Shown: positions 46,370-56,486 of the stretch, in pieces
Numbering within the stretch: position 1 is the first letter of the stretch
How the letters are laid out: each line of letters starts with the position of its first letter
Source of the DNA: an uncultured Victivallaceae bacterium
Lineage (GTDB): Bacteria; Verrucomicrobiota; Lentisphaeria; Victivallales; GWF2-50-93
Direction of reading: 5' to 3'
Length of the DNA stretch: 64,000 nt
Assembly: GCA_964636325.1 (NCBI GenBank)
Contig: CAZWRV010000030.1
Span: 62 to 64,061 of the forward strand
Translations under genes and position numbers: made by a program
Notes under the pieces: model-generated
Told to the model about the DNA's origin: nothing
Seen by the model: only the letters and a program-made list of their open reading frames with translations
Databases searched by the model: none

Positions 46370-46867
46370 TTAGGATTTCCAGTTTTTCCTTATTATCTCC
46401 GCGGTTTCCACCAGCGCCTCCGGGACGACGCGGACATCCGCAAGCACCGGCATGAAGTTGGTGTCGCCAGCCCACCTCGGAACCAGGTGGAAATGTATGT
46501 GGTCCTCGACTCCGGCGCCGGCCGCGGTGCCGAGGTTGAATCCGGCGTTGAAGCCGTCCGGGCTCATGATGCTCTGGAGGACATTTTTCGCGACCACGGT
46601 CAGATCCATTATCTCGTGGAGCTCATCCTTCGACAGCGCCGAGATGTCGCCCGCGTGCCTGTACGGGCAGATCATCAGGTGGCCCGAATTGTATGGATAC
46701 CTGTTCAGCATGACAAAGGCCTTCGCCCCCCGGAAGACCACAAGCTTCCCGTCCGGAGCGGCCTGCCCGCCATCCTTTCCGCAAAGGAAGCAGCCTTTGC
46801 CCTTGTGCCCCCTTATATATTCGATCCTCCACGGCGCCCATACGGGCCTTCTCCTCCTCGATGCCAT
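46370..46867 (-). CDS. HIT-family nucleotide hydrolase/transferase
   Basis: Histidine triad HIHFHLVPR and NRYPYNSGHLMI. GGGAG RBS before the ATG at 46867; the track start at 46978 adds a non-conserved leader. Confidence 0.85.
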   Translation of the reverse strand: MASRRRRPVWAPWRIEYIRGHKGKGCFLCGKDGGQAAPDGKLVVFRGAKAFVMLNRYPYNSGHLMICPYRHAGDISALSKDELHEIMDLTVVAKNVLQSIMSPDGFNAGFNLGTAAGAGVEDHIHFHLVPRWAGDTNFMPVLADVRVVPEALVETAEIIRKNWKS

Positions 46868-46982
46868 CTTTATTTCTCCCTTGATTCTATTCGGTGCAAC
46901 TTGGAAAACGTTTTTATCAAAGTATGCCGCGTTCGCCTGTAGCGGCAGTGGCGACTTTTGCGAAGTCGCCATACTCAAGCTC

Positions 46983-47023
46983 CTGCGCGCCGCAAGGGCG
47001 CCTTTTTCCCGCAGGGAATAACC
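46983..47023 (+). repeat. R5 double-hairpin element
   Basis: CTGCGCGCCGCAAGGGCGCCTTTTTCCCGCAGGGAATAACC. It is preceded by another hairpin, GGCGACTT-TTGCG-AAGTCGCC. Confidence 0.75.
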
Positions 47024-47132
47024 TGGCTTTTTACGGCTAACCGCGCCAATATTTTGGGGCTTCCGCCGGAAATCCGGTATAAGCCTTCCGCGAGCTGCTT
47101 CGTTATCTCTTGTCCGTTATCCGGCATCCCCC

Positions 47133-48044
47133 TCACACTATCCTCGTCCATTTCGGACGAATCTCGCCGAGGAAATTCATAAGCCTTAACCCGTTTGCGT
47201 TCAGCCACTTGCGATGTTCACGGCATTCCGGGACAAGATCCGCCACCTGCTTCCAGAACTCGGAGCCGTGATCGGCCCTTCGGAGATGGGAGAGCTCGTG
47301 CGCCACCACATATTCGCATACCTTCTCCGGCGCCATCACAAGCCTCCAGTTGAGGCTTATCCTGCGGTTCCGCTTCGAGCAGGTCCCCCAGCTAGTGCGA
47401 AGATCCTTCAGCCAGAGCGAGACGCTTCCGCCTGGCGCGGCCGGCTCAAGGCGCAACCATATCTGCCTGATCAGTTCAGCGCTCCGCCTGAAATACCATG
47501 ATGCCAGCATGGAGGCCATAAGGCGTTCCTGCTCCCGGGCGTCAAGACGATCCAGGCCGGACTTGAAGATCGCTATCCGTCCACCGTCTGCCGCCACGGA
47601 ATGCGAAAAGCCGGTCCCCTTCTCCAGGCGGAGCTCCACCATCTCCCCGCGGAATGGGACCATTACCGTCCCTCCTGCGAGAATCGGCGAAAGGCTGATG
47701 CGGCTCCCTCGGTATTCGGCGAGCTTCCTTCGTATCCAGGCGCCGTGGCGCTCAAGGAAGCGGGCCACCTCGCCTTCGCCGCAGCCGCAGGGAACTCTTA
47801 CGCTTACGCCGCCCGCTCCCACTGAGAGCGAAAGCCTTCTGAACCTTGTGTCCCGTAGGTATGAAATTTCGCAGTTGTCGATGTGAAATGTCTCCTGAAA
47901 CTCACATATCTCTGTCGGTATCTTTGTCGCGAACTTTCTCGTCTTCCGGAGGGTTGAGCCAAGCGCCGCGCCGTAGTCCGACGAAGACGGGAGTAAAATG
48001 ATTTCATGGCGGGCTTGCTGAGGCCGCCATGAAATCATCCTCAA
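47133..48044 (-). CDS. YgjP/DUF45-like M48-type zinc metallopeptidase (start uncertain)
   Basis: HELSHL (HExxH) and WGTCS motifs. The family core begins near [21 protein letters not shown]. The N-terminal roughly 45 codons (TTG start) are a translation of an R2 repeat copy. Confidence 0.7.
   Translation of the reverse strand: MRMISWRPQQARHEIILLPSSSDYGAALGSTLRKTRKFATKIPTEICEFQETFHIDNCEISYLRDTRFRRLSLSVGAGGVSVRVPCGCGEGEVARFLERHGAWIRRKLAEYRGSRISLSPILAGGTVMVPFRGEMVELRLEKGTGFSHSVAADGGRIAIFKSGLDRLDAREQERLMASMLASWYFRRSAELIRQIWLRLEPAAPGGSVSLWLKDLRTSWGTCSKRNRRISLNWRLVMAPEKVCEYVVAHELSHLRRADHGSEFWKQVADLVPECREHRKWLNANGLRLMNFLGEIRPKWTRIV
47891..47972 (-). repeat. R2 composite dispersed element, copy 4 (degenerate, inside the ygjP-like ORF 5' end)
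   Basis: In element orientation: GGCGCGGCGCTTGGCTCAACCCTCCGGAAGACGAGAAAGTTCGCGACAAAGATACCGACAGAGATATGTGAGTTTCAGGAGA. The left arm of the GGTTGAGC hairpin is lost. Confidence 0.7.
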
Positions 48045-49519
48045 TATCCGTCGAGGAACTTCCTGCGCTCTGGATGCCGCAGCTTCTCGAGCGCCCGGTT
48101 CTCGATCTGGCGCACCCGCTCCTTGGATATCTTGAAGTGCGCGCCCAGCTCCTCGAGCGTGCGCTCCTTCTCCCCGAGCAGCCCGAAGCGCATCATGAGC
48201 ACCTGCTGCTCCCTCTCGGAAAGAGTGTCCAGCGCCAGGCGGACCTTCTCCTTGAGGAAGTCGTACGACACCTTCTGCGCGGGATCAAGGCTGTCGGAGT
48301 CGGCGATCAGATCCTCTATCGAAGCGTCCTCGCCCTCCTTGACGGTTGACTGCAGCGAAATCGTCTGCTGCGCCATCTTCTTCAAGGCCCTGATGCGCTC
48401 CTTCGGCATATCGAGGAGGGCGGCCAGCTCCTCCGGCTCCGGCTCCCTGCCGTGCTCCTGCAGGAAGCGCTGCTCCATCTGGAACATCCTGCTTATGGTC
48501 GAAATCATGTGGACCGGCAGGCGTATCACGCGCGACTGGTCTGCTATCGCCCTTGAAATCGCCTGCTTTATCCACCAGGTCGCGTAAGTGCTGAACTTGT
48601 GGCCCAGCCTGTAGTCGAACTTCTCCACGGCCTTCATGAGGCCGATGTTCCCCTCCTGTATGAGATCGTTGAAGTGAAGCCCCTTGCCCTTGTATTTTCT
48701 AGCGACGCTGACCACCAGGCGGAGGTTACCCTCGAGCATCCTCTTCCGCGCCGCGAACGCCTCGTCCCTCAGGCTGCCGATCCTCGACATCTCGGCCTTG
48801 AAAAGTTCCATGCCCATCAGAACCTTGTCCTCCACGGCGCGCGCCTCCACCAGGGGCGCGCCTCCTGCGGGCCGCGGCTCTTGAGCGGCGGAGAAGCGCT
48901 TGAGGTATTCAGAAGCAACCTCGTACCATTCGTCCACATATTCCGCCTGCATCCTGTACCTTCCAAGGACGCAGGCAAGCCTGTCCCTCAGCTTCTGCGC
49001 GGGCGCATCGGGGCCGCGGTAGGCCTTGGCGAGCGCCGCATGGCATGCCAGTATCTCCTTGTTCCAGCCTGCAAGCTTCGGGAGCAGCGACTCGGGGCAG
49101 CGGATTGCGTCGGAATCCGCATGGAGCTGGAAATGTTCAGCAAGATTCTCGGCGTTGCAGTCAGCTATTATCCTCGAGTGCTCAAGCGCCACGAACCCGA
49201 ACCGGTAGACCGCGGCGCGTATCTTCTCGAAGGAGTCGAAGTATCTCTTCGAAAGCGACTGCTCCTCCTCGAACGTCAAAAGGGGATTCTGCCCCATCTG
49301 CTTGAGATAGATGTCGAGGACCTCGGCCTCCCCAAGCCCTGCCGGACCGGAATCAATCTCCGGGAGGGTTCCCGTCCCGTCCATGTCGAACATGGAGCTG
49401 ACCACGTCCCCGCCGTCCGGATCCGCGGAGGATGCCGCATCCACGGCACCGCCGGAATTCCTTTTCTTCCTAGCGTTCAAAAGAAACCTCGACAATTCGC
49501 GCCTAAAGTTCCGCATCAA
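48041..49519 (-). CDS. rpoD: RNA polymerase primary sigma factor (sigma-70)
   Basis: Region 1.2, 2.x ([29 protein letters not shown]), 3 and 4.2 ([24 protein letters not shown]) are all present. Confidence 0.95.
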   Translation of the reverse strand: MMRNFRRELSRFLLNARKKRNSGGAVDAASSADPDGGDVVSSMFDMDGTGTLPEIDSGPAGLGEAEVLDIYLKQMGQNPLLTFEEEQSLSKRYFDSFEKIRAAVYRFGFVALEHSRIIADCNAENLAEHFQLHADSDAIRCPESLLPKLAGWNKEILACHAALAKAYRGPDAPAQKLRDRLACVLGRYRMQAEYVDEWYEVASEYLKRFSAAQEPRPAGGAPLVEARAVEDKVLMGMELFKAEMSRIGSLRDEAFAARKRMLEGNLRLVVSVARKYKGKGLHFNDLIQEGNIGLMKAVEKFDYRLGHKFSTYATWWIKQAISRAIADQSRVIRLPVHMISTISRMFQMEQRFLQEHGREPEPEELAALLDMPKERIRALKKMAQQTISLQSTVKEGEDASIEDLIADSDSLDPAQKVSYDFLKEKVRLALDTLSEREQQVLMMRFGLLGEKERTLEELGAHFKISKERVRQIENRALEKLRHPERRKFLDGY

Positions 49520-49531
49520 GCTGTTGAATAA

Positions 49532-49571
49532 TAAAAATTCAGCGAGAGGGCGTAGTTCACTGAATATTTAC
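49532..49571. repeat. R1 variant element
   Basis: TAAAAATTCAGCGAGAGGGCGTAGTTCACTGAATATTTAC, flanked by TTGAATA on both sides (49524-49530 and 49573-49579). Confidence 0.7.
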
Positions 49572-49881
49572 ATTGAATATACATCCGCCGCCCCCCCTTG
49601 AAAACCTCGCGGGCCTCCTATTTCTTATGTTTTGTTCATATTTCAGGCTTTCCTGCCCCGCCTCCATGAAGTGCCTGAAAACGCTGGAGGATACTGTTTG
49701 CCTTTTCAAAGCGGGGCACCGGAAATCCGAAATGAAACACCTTCCCGGTGTCCCTACTCCCCACATGTTTATTTTCCACGGATTAACATGTCTGTATTTC
49801 GGGCAAAGGGCGCGGATGGGTTTGACTTGGGCGAAAGCGGGAATAGATTACACCCAATTCCAAGGAAAGCACTCACCTCAA

Positions 49882-49958
49882 GGGGCAGTAGCTCAGTTGG
49901 CTAGAGCGGTACGTTCGCAACGTACAGGCCAGGGGTTCGAATCCCCTCTGCTCCACCA
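49882..49958 (+). tRNA. tRNA-Ala (anticodon CGC), CCA encoded
   Basis: Hand-folded cloverleaf: acceptor GGGGCAG/CTGCTCC with the G3:U70 Ala identity pair, D arm GCTC-AGTTGGCTA-GAGC, anticodon arm GTACG-TTCGCAA-CGTAC, T arm AGGGG-TTCGAAT-CCCCT, then ACCA. Confidence 0.95.
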
Positions 49959-50103
49959 TTTATAACTACCTGCGAATGAATGAGTTAACTCTCATACTTG
50001 TAGAATCTTGCATACCCCTCCTTTACCCCTGATTTCAGACGTTTTCACGTCCAAAAAGCAAGCATAAAGGAAGCACCATTTTTCCCGCCATACTCCCTCT
50101 AGT

Positions 50104-50156
50104 CTGAATTATTCACAAACTTTTTTACATGCAAAAAACGCTTGTGAATAATTCAG
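50104..50156 (-). terminator. Long hairpin 3' of the hydrolase operon (terminator candidate / repeat)
   Basis: CTGAATTATTCACAA ... TTGTGAATAATTCAG (perfect 15-bp arms) with an inner TTTTTT-ACATGC-AAAAAA palindrome. It lies 9 nt beyond the stop at 50165. Confidence 0.45.
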
Positions 50157-50164
50157 GTTAGTCA

Positions 50165-53100
50165 TCATTCAATGCCGAACTCGAAGAGGCGGTAGTCATG
50201 GCGGCGAACAGGGCAGCTCAATACTCCGTCCTTCCACTCGAACTTGCCGTCGGGATCGTTGGCGCGGCGCTGCTCTACTGGCAGATCATCCGGGTTCTCA
50301 TCGGGCTTCATGTCTGCGACCGCCGACTCGATATTGTCATATGTCCCATTTGATTCGCTCAGTTTCGGCTTCGCGGTCGTCGTCACGTCGTCCCTGAAAT
50401 ATGTCAAAATATCCTGATCGGCCTGCCTTGCTGTGATTTTTGCAGGGGATACGTCTCCGAACCCCATTGCCATAGGATCAAGCTTCACGGAGGCATTGAA
50501 GCGTTCCGCGCCGATGTTGACAAGAATGACAACACATTTCCCAGGACATTTCCATGCCGAAACAAGGAGGTTCTTGTGGGTGTGTGACGCGAGCCCATGA
50601 AGATTCCAGTAGGGGACAAATTCTGTGTCGGGCATGTTGATCCGCGTCTCCTTGAGGACTGATTCGGGAAAGGGGCGAGCGATGTCGTGGACGGCAAGGT
50701 TGGCCGCGTAGGCGCGTTCCTGGCGGAATATCCAAGATTCATACTTCTTCTTCTCTATCGGGCCGGAATACCCGAGCCAGATAGAGGGGATGCCCCACTT
50801 CTCCGAATTCATGAAACGTATTCGGTCCGGAGGCCAGTGGTCGATGAAATCGTCCTGGCTGCAAGGATGGGAATATTTATCCTCGCCGTCCAATATTGAT
50901 GTGAAGAAAGAATGATAGGGGATGAAATACGTATGTGTTGTGTGCGCAGTCAGGCGAGGCGGATAGATTCCATGGCCGACGCAGATCTGGTATGCGCGTT
51001 TTATGCGTTCCCTGAATCCCCTGAACTCAAAGCCAGGCTGGACATGACCGTCGGCAAGCGCATATGTGTGGGGCCCACCTGCCTTGGTGTGCGGACGGTT
51101 CCAGCAGTCATCCATATAAAAACCTTGTATGAATTTGTCCGTATGTTCGATCCATTCGTTCCAAGCCCATGAGATATAGTCCAAGAACTCCGGGGTGTAA
51201 TATAGGTAGTCGTCGACATTCGGATACCCTGGATACCAAGCTTCCGCCCATTCGCGCATCTCTTTTGGAAAACCGACCCAGTTCAAGTCCCAGTAGAGTC
51301 CGGGAACCTTCTCATATTCATCCTGAGCGGGTTCGCGCCCAAGTTCCTTCCGCCATTCCGCCTTGAGCCGTGAAAACAGGATTTTCAACCCTGCCGCTTT
51401 CTTCGTCAACCCTTCGCCGTCAATCCTTCGCCGCACCGCATCCCAGTCATCCTCGGGATAGGCATGAAATACTGTGGATCTGTCTCCTTTCAGGTTGTTG
51501 CCGGTGAAGGTGTCGGGCATTACCCCGCCGCCGCGTCGCCAGTATTTGGTCAACGGGCGGACCGGCACAGGATGGAGGCCGAATTCGAAGGCCCGCAAAT
51601 CGAAGTTAACAGGTTCCGAGATGATGTTCAGCACAAGAGTAACAACTCCGTCCCCGCGTTCAACGCTGACAGCCGCATTCTCAATGCTCTGAGTCCATCC
51701 CTGGTCGTTTTCAGCGAACCATGCCATGCCTCTTTTGTCGCCAACCAGAGACATGTATGGGATGAAGCTGCCGCGAAGTTCTGGCGGACGTTCGACTATC
51801 TTGTCGTCGTTGCTGCGGAAGACAATGCCTGTGCCTTCGGGCACTGTACCAATGTGGACTACTTTCGGATTACGGAAATCACGCTGACCGCTCCACCAGT
51901 GGAACATTCCGGCATTTTCCGACCGGAATGGGATATGCATTGCAAGCCTCCCTATCCGCGCAGTTTTCCCGGCCTCAGCAGCTTTCATGGCCAGGCGGAA
52001 CCAGATCATGCCGTCGAATTCGATGCTCGCCTCGGTTTCGAAACTGACCTCTGCCGCAGAAACAGTTCCGCGCACATCGACTCTTGCCTCCTTTGCCGAG
52101 ACGATCTCGAATTTACCATTCTCCATGGGGAGAGGTTTTCCGTCAAGTAGTATCTTGATCGGACCTCCGAGGATATCTTCGCCTGCAGAGACAATATTCT
52201 CCGGGAGTCCGACGGAACTGAAGACAATCTCGCGCCCCCAGACCCTGACTGTTCGATCCCCGGCCTGAATGGGCGTCCACGGCGGCGGCACTTTGTCCGA
52301 CAATCCAGCCCTGCATTTCCACCATGGCGGCTGTTTGCGGACAATCGCCTGTTCTGCATTACCAATCACCTTGCCGTCGGTATTCTTTACTTCGGCCTTG
52401 AGAACATATTTTGCGAATTCCAGAACCGGCGTCCGGAACTCGACCATGGCCAGCTTGCGATCATTCATTGAAGCTGTTCCTCGGCCGACAGGCTTAGTGT
52501 CGCCTTCCTTGAAAAGCGCGGCCGAAACATAGGCGGCCGAGGCGTAGTCCTTCATGAGAGCTGTGATTTTCACCTTGACCAGGCCGGTCGCACCGTTGCA
52601 GTCAACGTCCATGTCCATATCCGGTAGAGGCAGCAATGGTTTGCGATGATCGCAGATACGCACCAGATTGCGGAGTTCGCTGCGGGAGAGGGCCCGTCGG
52701 TATACCCTGAAGTCATCAATCGCCGAGCGTGGAGCAGGAAGATTCAGCTTGTCCCAATACATCATGGTTCCGAATCTGAGCGCGTCCGGAAGCGACTTGA
52801 GCCACCATTCCGGAACCGGTTTTTCTCCCGTGGTGTTATTGTTCGGATACATCGCGGCCACAATCCGCCATTCTCCATGCGTGGCGTCGAAGTTTAGATC
52901 ATGCTTCTCGCCGTTCACATAGGTTGAGAACAGGCTTTTCTCGTCCCAGGTGATTGTGATGTGCGTCCAAATACCAGGGGTAAGCTGGGCCGGATTGTGC
53001 AGCGTCTCGTTCAAATCCTTGTTGATGTTGAACTCAAGGAGCCAGCCTTTCCGGCTGAAGCGGGAGTAATAAGAATCGTCAGGATAGACACCGTCGATCT

Positions 53101-54361
53101 GTAAGAGGCCGAATGTCAAAGGGCTGATGTTGTCATAAGGATTGTCACGGCTGAGGTTATCCCAGTCGAGTGGTCGCAGCCAGAAGGCGATTGTGCCTTC
53201 TTGGGGAAGGACATTGCCGATTCCCCTATAAACCGGAGAAAGCGAGCCCTCGCCCAGCATCAGCGCAGTTCCTTCGACACCGTCCGGAAATAGTTCTCTA
53301 ACCTTGGCTGGATTCAAATCGCAATCGGCCTTTGTGACGGTATGTTCTTTAAAGGCCGTCCCTGGAACGCACAGATCCGGAGTCAAGGTCCTGTTGAATC
53401 CAGCCCTGAAGATCAGGTCGGATTCGTCGCGGAAATAAGGTTGGCCGATGCGTACCGGTGCCTGTTTGTTCAACTCGACCCAGTCCAGGTCGTATTCATA
53501 GAACTCGCGTATAGTCTTGGAAATCCTGACCTCATCGATGATTCCCTTGATGCCGGACTTCATGCTTGGATCATTTCCGACTGTGACCATGTTCAGGCGG
53601 CATTCCGGCCCCAAGTCGGGCTTGCCGATCGGTTGGCGTTGCCGCCAAATCTCTTTCCCTTGCGCGAAAAGTATGACATTGTTCTCATACGGATATCTGT
53701 CTACAGTCCACTGCAGGCAGAGATGCGTCCATTGGCATACGGACAGCTTGTGGGTTCCGACTAGATATTTATTCCTGCGGATATCGACTTCGAGCGCCCC
53801 GTCCGCAAGAACGCGCAATATAATTGGACTTAACGGGAACGAGTCGGGGGTTTTAATCTGGGGATTGTCCCAGTATATGATGGTCGCGGCGGAGAGAGGC
53901 ATCTCATCAAGCTTAAGCCATAGTTCAGTGCTGTGGCTAGATAGAGACTTTGCTCCGGTGTCGAACATGAGTGCACCGCCCTTGTCGCCAAACCTGAGAC
54001 CGCCCCCGAGCCGCCCTTCGGAGACCGGAGCAGCATCTCCTTGAAGCAGACCGGGCGGTCCCATCTTGTTTGCGTTGAGAACGATTCCCGGGGCAGTCAC
54101 GGACTCGATCTTGATATCCATGCAGGGAACCTCATTATCATCGGTCAGCTCAAGCTCTTTGGAAGTCTCGTCTTTTTCGTCGAGATGGAACAGCGCCAGC
54201 GTGTAGCCGTCCCATTGATAAGGTATCCATGGCGCGGAGCGGGTCAGCAGCGGATAGTGCGGGACAGGCATTTTATTTTCCGCTCCGGAGAAAAGGCTTA
54301 AGGAAAACAGGAAACCGGTTGCCATCAATATCGTCTTATGCCTGTGTTTGTATTCGGTCAT
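50165..54361 (-). CDS. Giant secreted LamG/concanavalin-like lectin-domain protein with C-terminal glycoside-hydrolase-like (DUF4091/GH123-like) region
   Basis: 1398 aa with a signal peptide. The N-terminal half has LamG-like blocks (LHLDE.., GRLGGGLRFGD.., IDEVRIS, IDDFRVYRRALS). The C-terminal half is paralogous to 56487-60056 (shared VWGR and I-[QN]-G-x-[YW]-x-D-[DN] blocks). The family name is from memory and unverified. Confidence 0.6.
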   Translation of the reverse strand: MTEYKHRHKTILMATGFLFSLSLFSGAENKMPVPHYPLLTRSAPWIPYQWDGYTLALFHLDEKDETSKELELTDDNEVPCMDIKIESVTAPGIVLNANKMGPPGLLQGDAAPVSEGRLGGGLRFGDKGGALMFDTGAKSLSSHSTELWLKLDEMPLSAATIIYWDNPQIKTPDSFPLSPIILRVLADGALEVDIRRNKYLVGTHKLSVCQWTHLCLQWTVDRYPYENNVILFAQGKEIWRQRQPIGKPDLGPECRLNMVTVGNDPSMKSGIKGIIDEVRISKTIREFYEYDLDWVELNKQAPVRIGQPYFRDESDLIFRAGFNRTLTPDLCVPGTAFKEHTVTKADCDLNPAKVRELFPDGVEGTALMLGEGSLSPVYRGIGNVLPQEGTIAFWLRPLDWDNLSRDNPYDNISPLTFGLLQIDGVYPDDSYYSRFSRKGWLLEFNINKDLNETLHNPAQLTPGIWTHITITWDEKSLFSTYVNGEKHDLNFDATHGEWRIVAAMYPNNNTTGEKPVPEWWLKSLPDALRFGTMMYWDKLNLPAPRSAIDDFRVYRRALSRSELRNLVRICDHRKPLLPLPDMDMDVDCNGATGLVKVKITALMKDYASAAYVSAALFKEGDTKPVGRGTASMNDRKLAMVEFRTPVLEFAKYVLKAEVKNTDGKVIGNAEQAIVRKQPPWWKCRAGLSDKVPPPWTPIQAGDRTVRVWGREIVFSSVGLPENIVSAGEDILGGPIKILLDGKPLPMENGKFEIVSAKEARVDVRGTVSAAEVSFETEASIEFDGMIWFRLAMKAAEAGKTARIGRLAMHIPFRSENAGMFHWWSGQRDFRNPKVVHIGTVPEGTGIVFRSNDDKIVERPPELRGSFIPYMSLVGDKRGMAWFAENDQGWTQSIENAAVSVERGDGVVTLVLNIISEPVNFDLRAFEFGLHPVPVRPLTKYWRRGGGVMPDTFTGNNLKGDRSTVFHAYPEDDWDAVRRRIDGEGLTKKAAGLKILFSRLKAEWRKELGREPAQDEYEKVPGLYWDLNWVGFPKEMREWAEAWYPGYPNVDDYLYYTPEFLDYISWAWNEWIEHTDKFIQGFYMDDCWNRPHTKAGGPHTYALADGHVQPGFEFRGFRERIKRAYQICVGHGIYPPRLTAHTTHTYFIPYHSFFTSILDGEDKYSHPCSQDDFIDHWPPDRIRFMNSEKWGIPSIWLGYSGPIEKKKYESWIFRQERAYAANLAVHDIARPFPESVLKETRINMPDTEFVPYWNLHGLASHTHKNLLVSAWKCPGKCVVILVNIGAERFNASVKLDPMAMGFGDVSPAKITARQADQDILTYFRDDVTTTAKPKLSESNGTYDNIESAVADMKPDENPDDLPVEQRRANDPDGKFEWKDGVLSCPVRRHDYRLFEFGIE

Positions 54362-56481
54362 GCCTGCAATTCCCGGGATGAGAGCGCCTTTTTTGCATCA
54401 ATGCTCCTTGCGAAATCCGCAGTTTTAAGTAGCGGATTGGAATTCTCCCGGTTCTGCCAAGCGCGCCCCCATCCTTCGAGCTTCCTGATTCGTTCATAAA
54501 GGGGGGTACTTGCACGAGCCTCCGTCTCTATTGCTTTGAATGCCGCGCGCAGTTCTTCACGGAAATTGTTCCACGGCCCCTTGCAGAGATCCCAGCTCTT
54601 CTCGCGGCAGTTCACGTAGTAGGCCCATGCGATATTGTGGCTGATGCGCATGACGTGGAGCAGGTAACGGCATCTGAGGCGGAAGAGCTCATCCCCGTCC
54701 GCATCGGCCAAGGCCAGCGCCTTCTCCAGATCCGAGATAGCGTCCGCAAGAGCCGGAAGCTCCTCTTCCTCCATATTGTCCGCGAGAATCATCATGAGTT
54801 CATCCACCTTGTCGTTCGCCTTGATGCGTTCAAGCATATTGTAGAACCGGGAAAAGACGCCGAATGGATGGCCGATGCCCGTCTTGTCCAGTGACGCCTG
54901 GCAGAGCGTGGCCAGATCGTAGAGGGCATATGCCATGGCCTGGCTCCGAACGTCCTTGACATCCTGCGATAAGGCATAGCTGCGCAGAGTTTCATCAAGT
55001 CCGCGTCCGCAACTGTTCCAGGAATATTCCGCTGCGACGAAAAGGCCCATCTGGTCCGCGGGATAAGCGAAGGACATGGAGTTGATTCCCCTGAACCGTC
55101 CGTCGATGGCATGGGCAATGTTACGGCGGATGACTTCGAGAACAGCCGGACGCGCAATTCCGCCGACAACTGTATTGCATAGAGACAGCCAATGGCCTTC
55201 GGCTGCAGCCTGAGAAAGCTCGGGAGGGATAGGATTGAATTTCCGAGTCGTATACGTGCCGCGCCGTTCGCCGGAATAGAAGCTCCACTTGGTGTCTTTC
55301 GGGAAACTTCTTATTATCTGGGGATTTTCAGGATACGAACCCTGCGTCAGAAGTATCTTCAGGCCGACGTCGGATTTAGACTCATGCCGGACGCGGTCGA
55401 TGATCTTGTGGAAGACCTGTGCCTCCTTTAAGAAATAGCTTTCCTTGGAATTGGAGATCGCATGCAGGCGGTTTTCAGCCATCCAGAAGCAGATTTCATC
55501 AGGGGAATATGCGTCACACAGCCCCACGGCGAGATCACCCATGAGGCGCACCGCCTTGTCATCGTAGTAATTTATTGGCAACCCGAGGCTGTGCCCATGA
55601 TGCCATATGGACACTCCCGGCTTCAGCTCAGGATGCAACTTGCGTATCAAAGCGAAATGATCCGTATGCGACACCGTCGGAACGATCCTTATGCCCCTTG
55701 AACGGGCGTAGGCCATCATCCTGCCCATAAGAACCTGAGTGCTTTTGGCATCCGTGGCGGACAGCCTTGGATCCTTCTTGTTAACCCATGAGCAACCATT
55801 GCCGGCAAGGGCAATCACTTCAATCAGATTTATCTTGTGGTCGCTCAACCAGTCTATCAAATTACGGTAATGCTTTTCCGCATCCACCAGTCTTGTTGCG
55901 GATGCCCCATCTAGCGTGAAAGTGTTTGTCCAGATACCACGATCCTCCAAGTCGGCGCCGTCGAGGATTCTGACCATCGGAATCCTGACTGTCCTACCGT
56001 TATAACTAATGAGCTGTTTCAACGTCTTCATGCCCCAGTATACACCCTGCCGGTCAAGCCCCTGCAGGACAAGCTCATCCTGTCCGACGGAGCAGATTCG
56101 ATAAGAGTGGAAGCCGACAGGGCCTTTAGCTCCTGAAAAGAAGGGTGCTTGAAAGACGGCGGAATATTTGCCGCAGCCATTGCCAGATAACAGATGTATA
56201 TGAAAGGGGCGCACCCGGCCGGGCTTTGCGTCCATTCGAGGCTTGCATCCTGTTCTCGACTGGAAGAATCCAGCCAGCTCGTCGGCCGCCCTCAGCGTCC
56301 ACAGCTCCTTATCATGACATTTTACGACAAGCCTCTTCGACTCGACTCCAATAGCGCCATTGATTTCGATCCGACGTGGCATTGGCGACAGCCCCTGCAT
56401 GGATTCAATTTCCAACATATATTCACCGGTCTTATTGCTGACGTTGCAGTCGTGGTTTATTCTCCGTGAGAGTTTGCCCAT
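54358..56481 (-). CDS. Putative glycoside hydrolase (GH20-like fold), cytoplasmic or start mis-set
   Basis: The roughly 700-aa ORF has an ATGA overlap with the downstream gene. N-terminal P-M-P-R-R-I-E-I-N-G module, then VRILDGADLEDRGIW, reminiscent of the GH20 domain-2/catalytic junction. Candidate starts are 56526, 56481 and 56418. Confidence 0.45.
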   Translation of the reverse strand: MGKLSRRINHDCNVSNKTGEYMLEIESMQGLSPMPRRIEINGAIGVESKRLVVKCHDKELWTLRAADELAGFFQSRTGCKPRMDAKPGRVRPFHIHLLSGNGCGKYSAVFQAPFFSGAKGPVGFHSYRICSVGQDELVLQGLDRQGVYWGMKTLKQLISYNGRTVRIPMVRILDGADLEDRGIWTNTFTLDGASATRLVDAEKHYRNLIDWLSDHKINLIEVIALAGNGCSWVNKKDPRLSATDAKSTQVLMGRMMAYARSRGIRIVPTVSHTDHFALIRKLHPELKPGVSIWHHGHSLGLPINYYDDKAVRLMGDLAVGLCDAYSPDEICFWMAENRLHAISNSKESYFLKEAQVFHKIIDRVRHESKSDVGLKILLTQGSYPENPQIIRSFPKDTKWSFYSGERRGTYTTRKFNPIPPELSQAAAEGHWLSLCNTVVGGIARPAVLEVIRRNIAHAIDGRFRGINSMSFAYPADQMGLFVAAEYSWNSCGRGLDETLRSYALSQDVKDVRSQAMAYALYDLATLCQASLDKTGIGHPFGVFSRFYNMLERIKANDKVDELMMILADNMEEEELPALADAISDLEKALALADADGDELFRLRCRYLLHVMRISHNIAWAYYVNCREKSWDLCKGPWNNFREELRAAFKAIETEARASTPLYERIRKLEGWGRAWQNRENSNPLLKTADFARSIDAKKALSSRELQA

Positions 56482-56486
56482 TGGCC

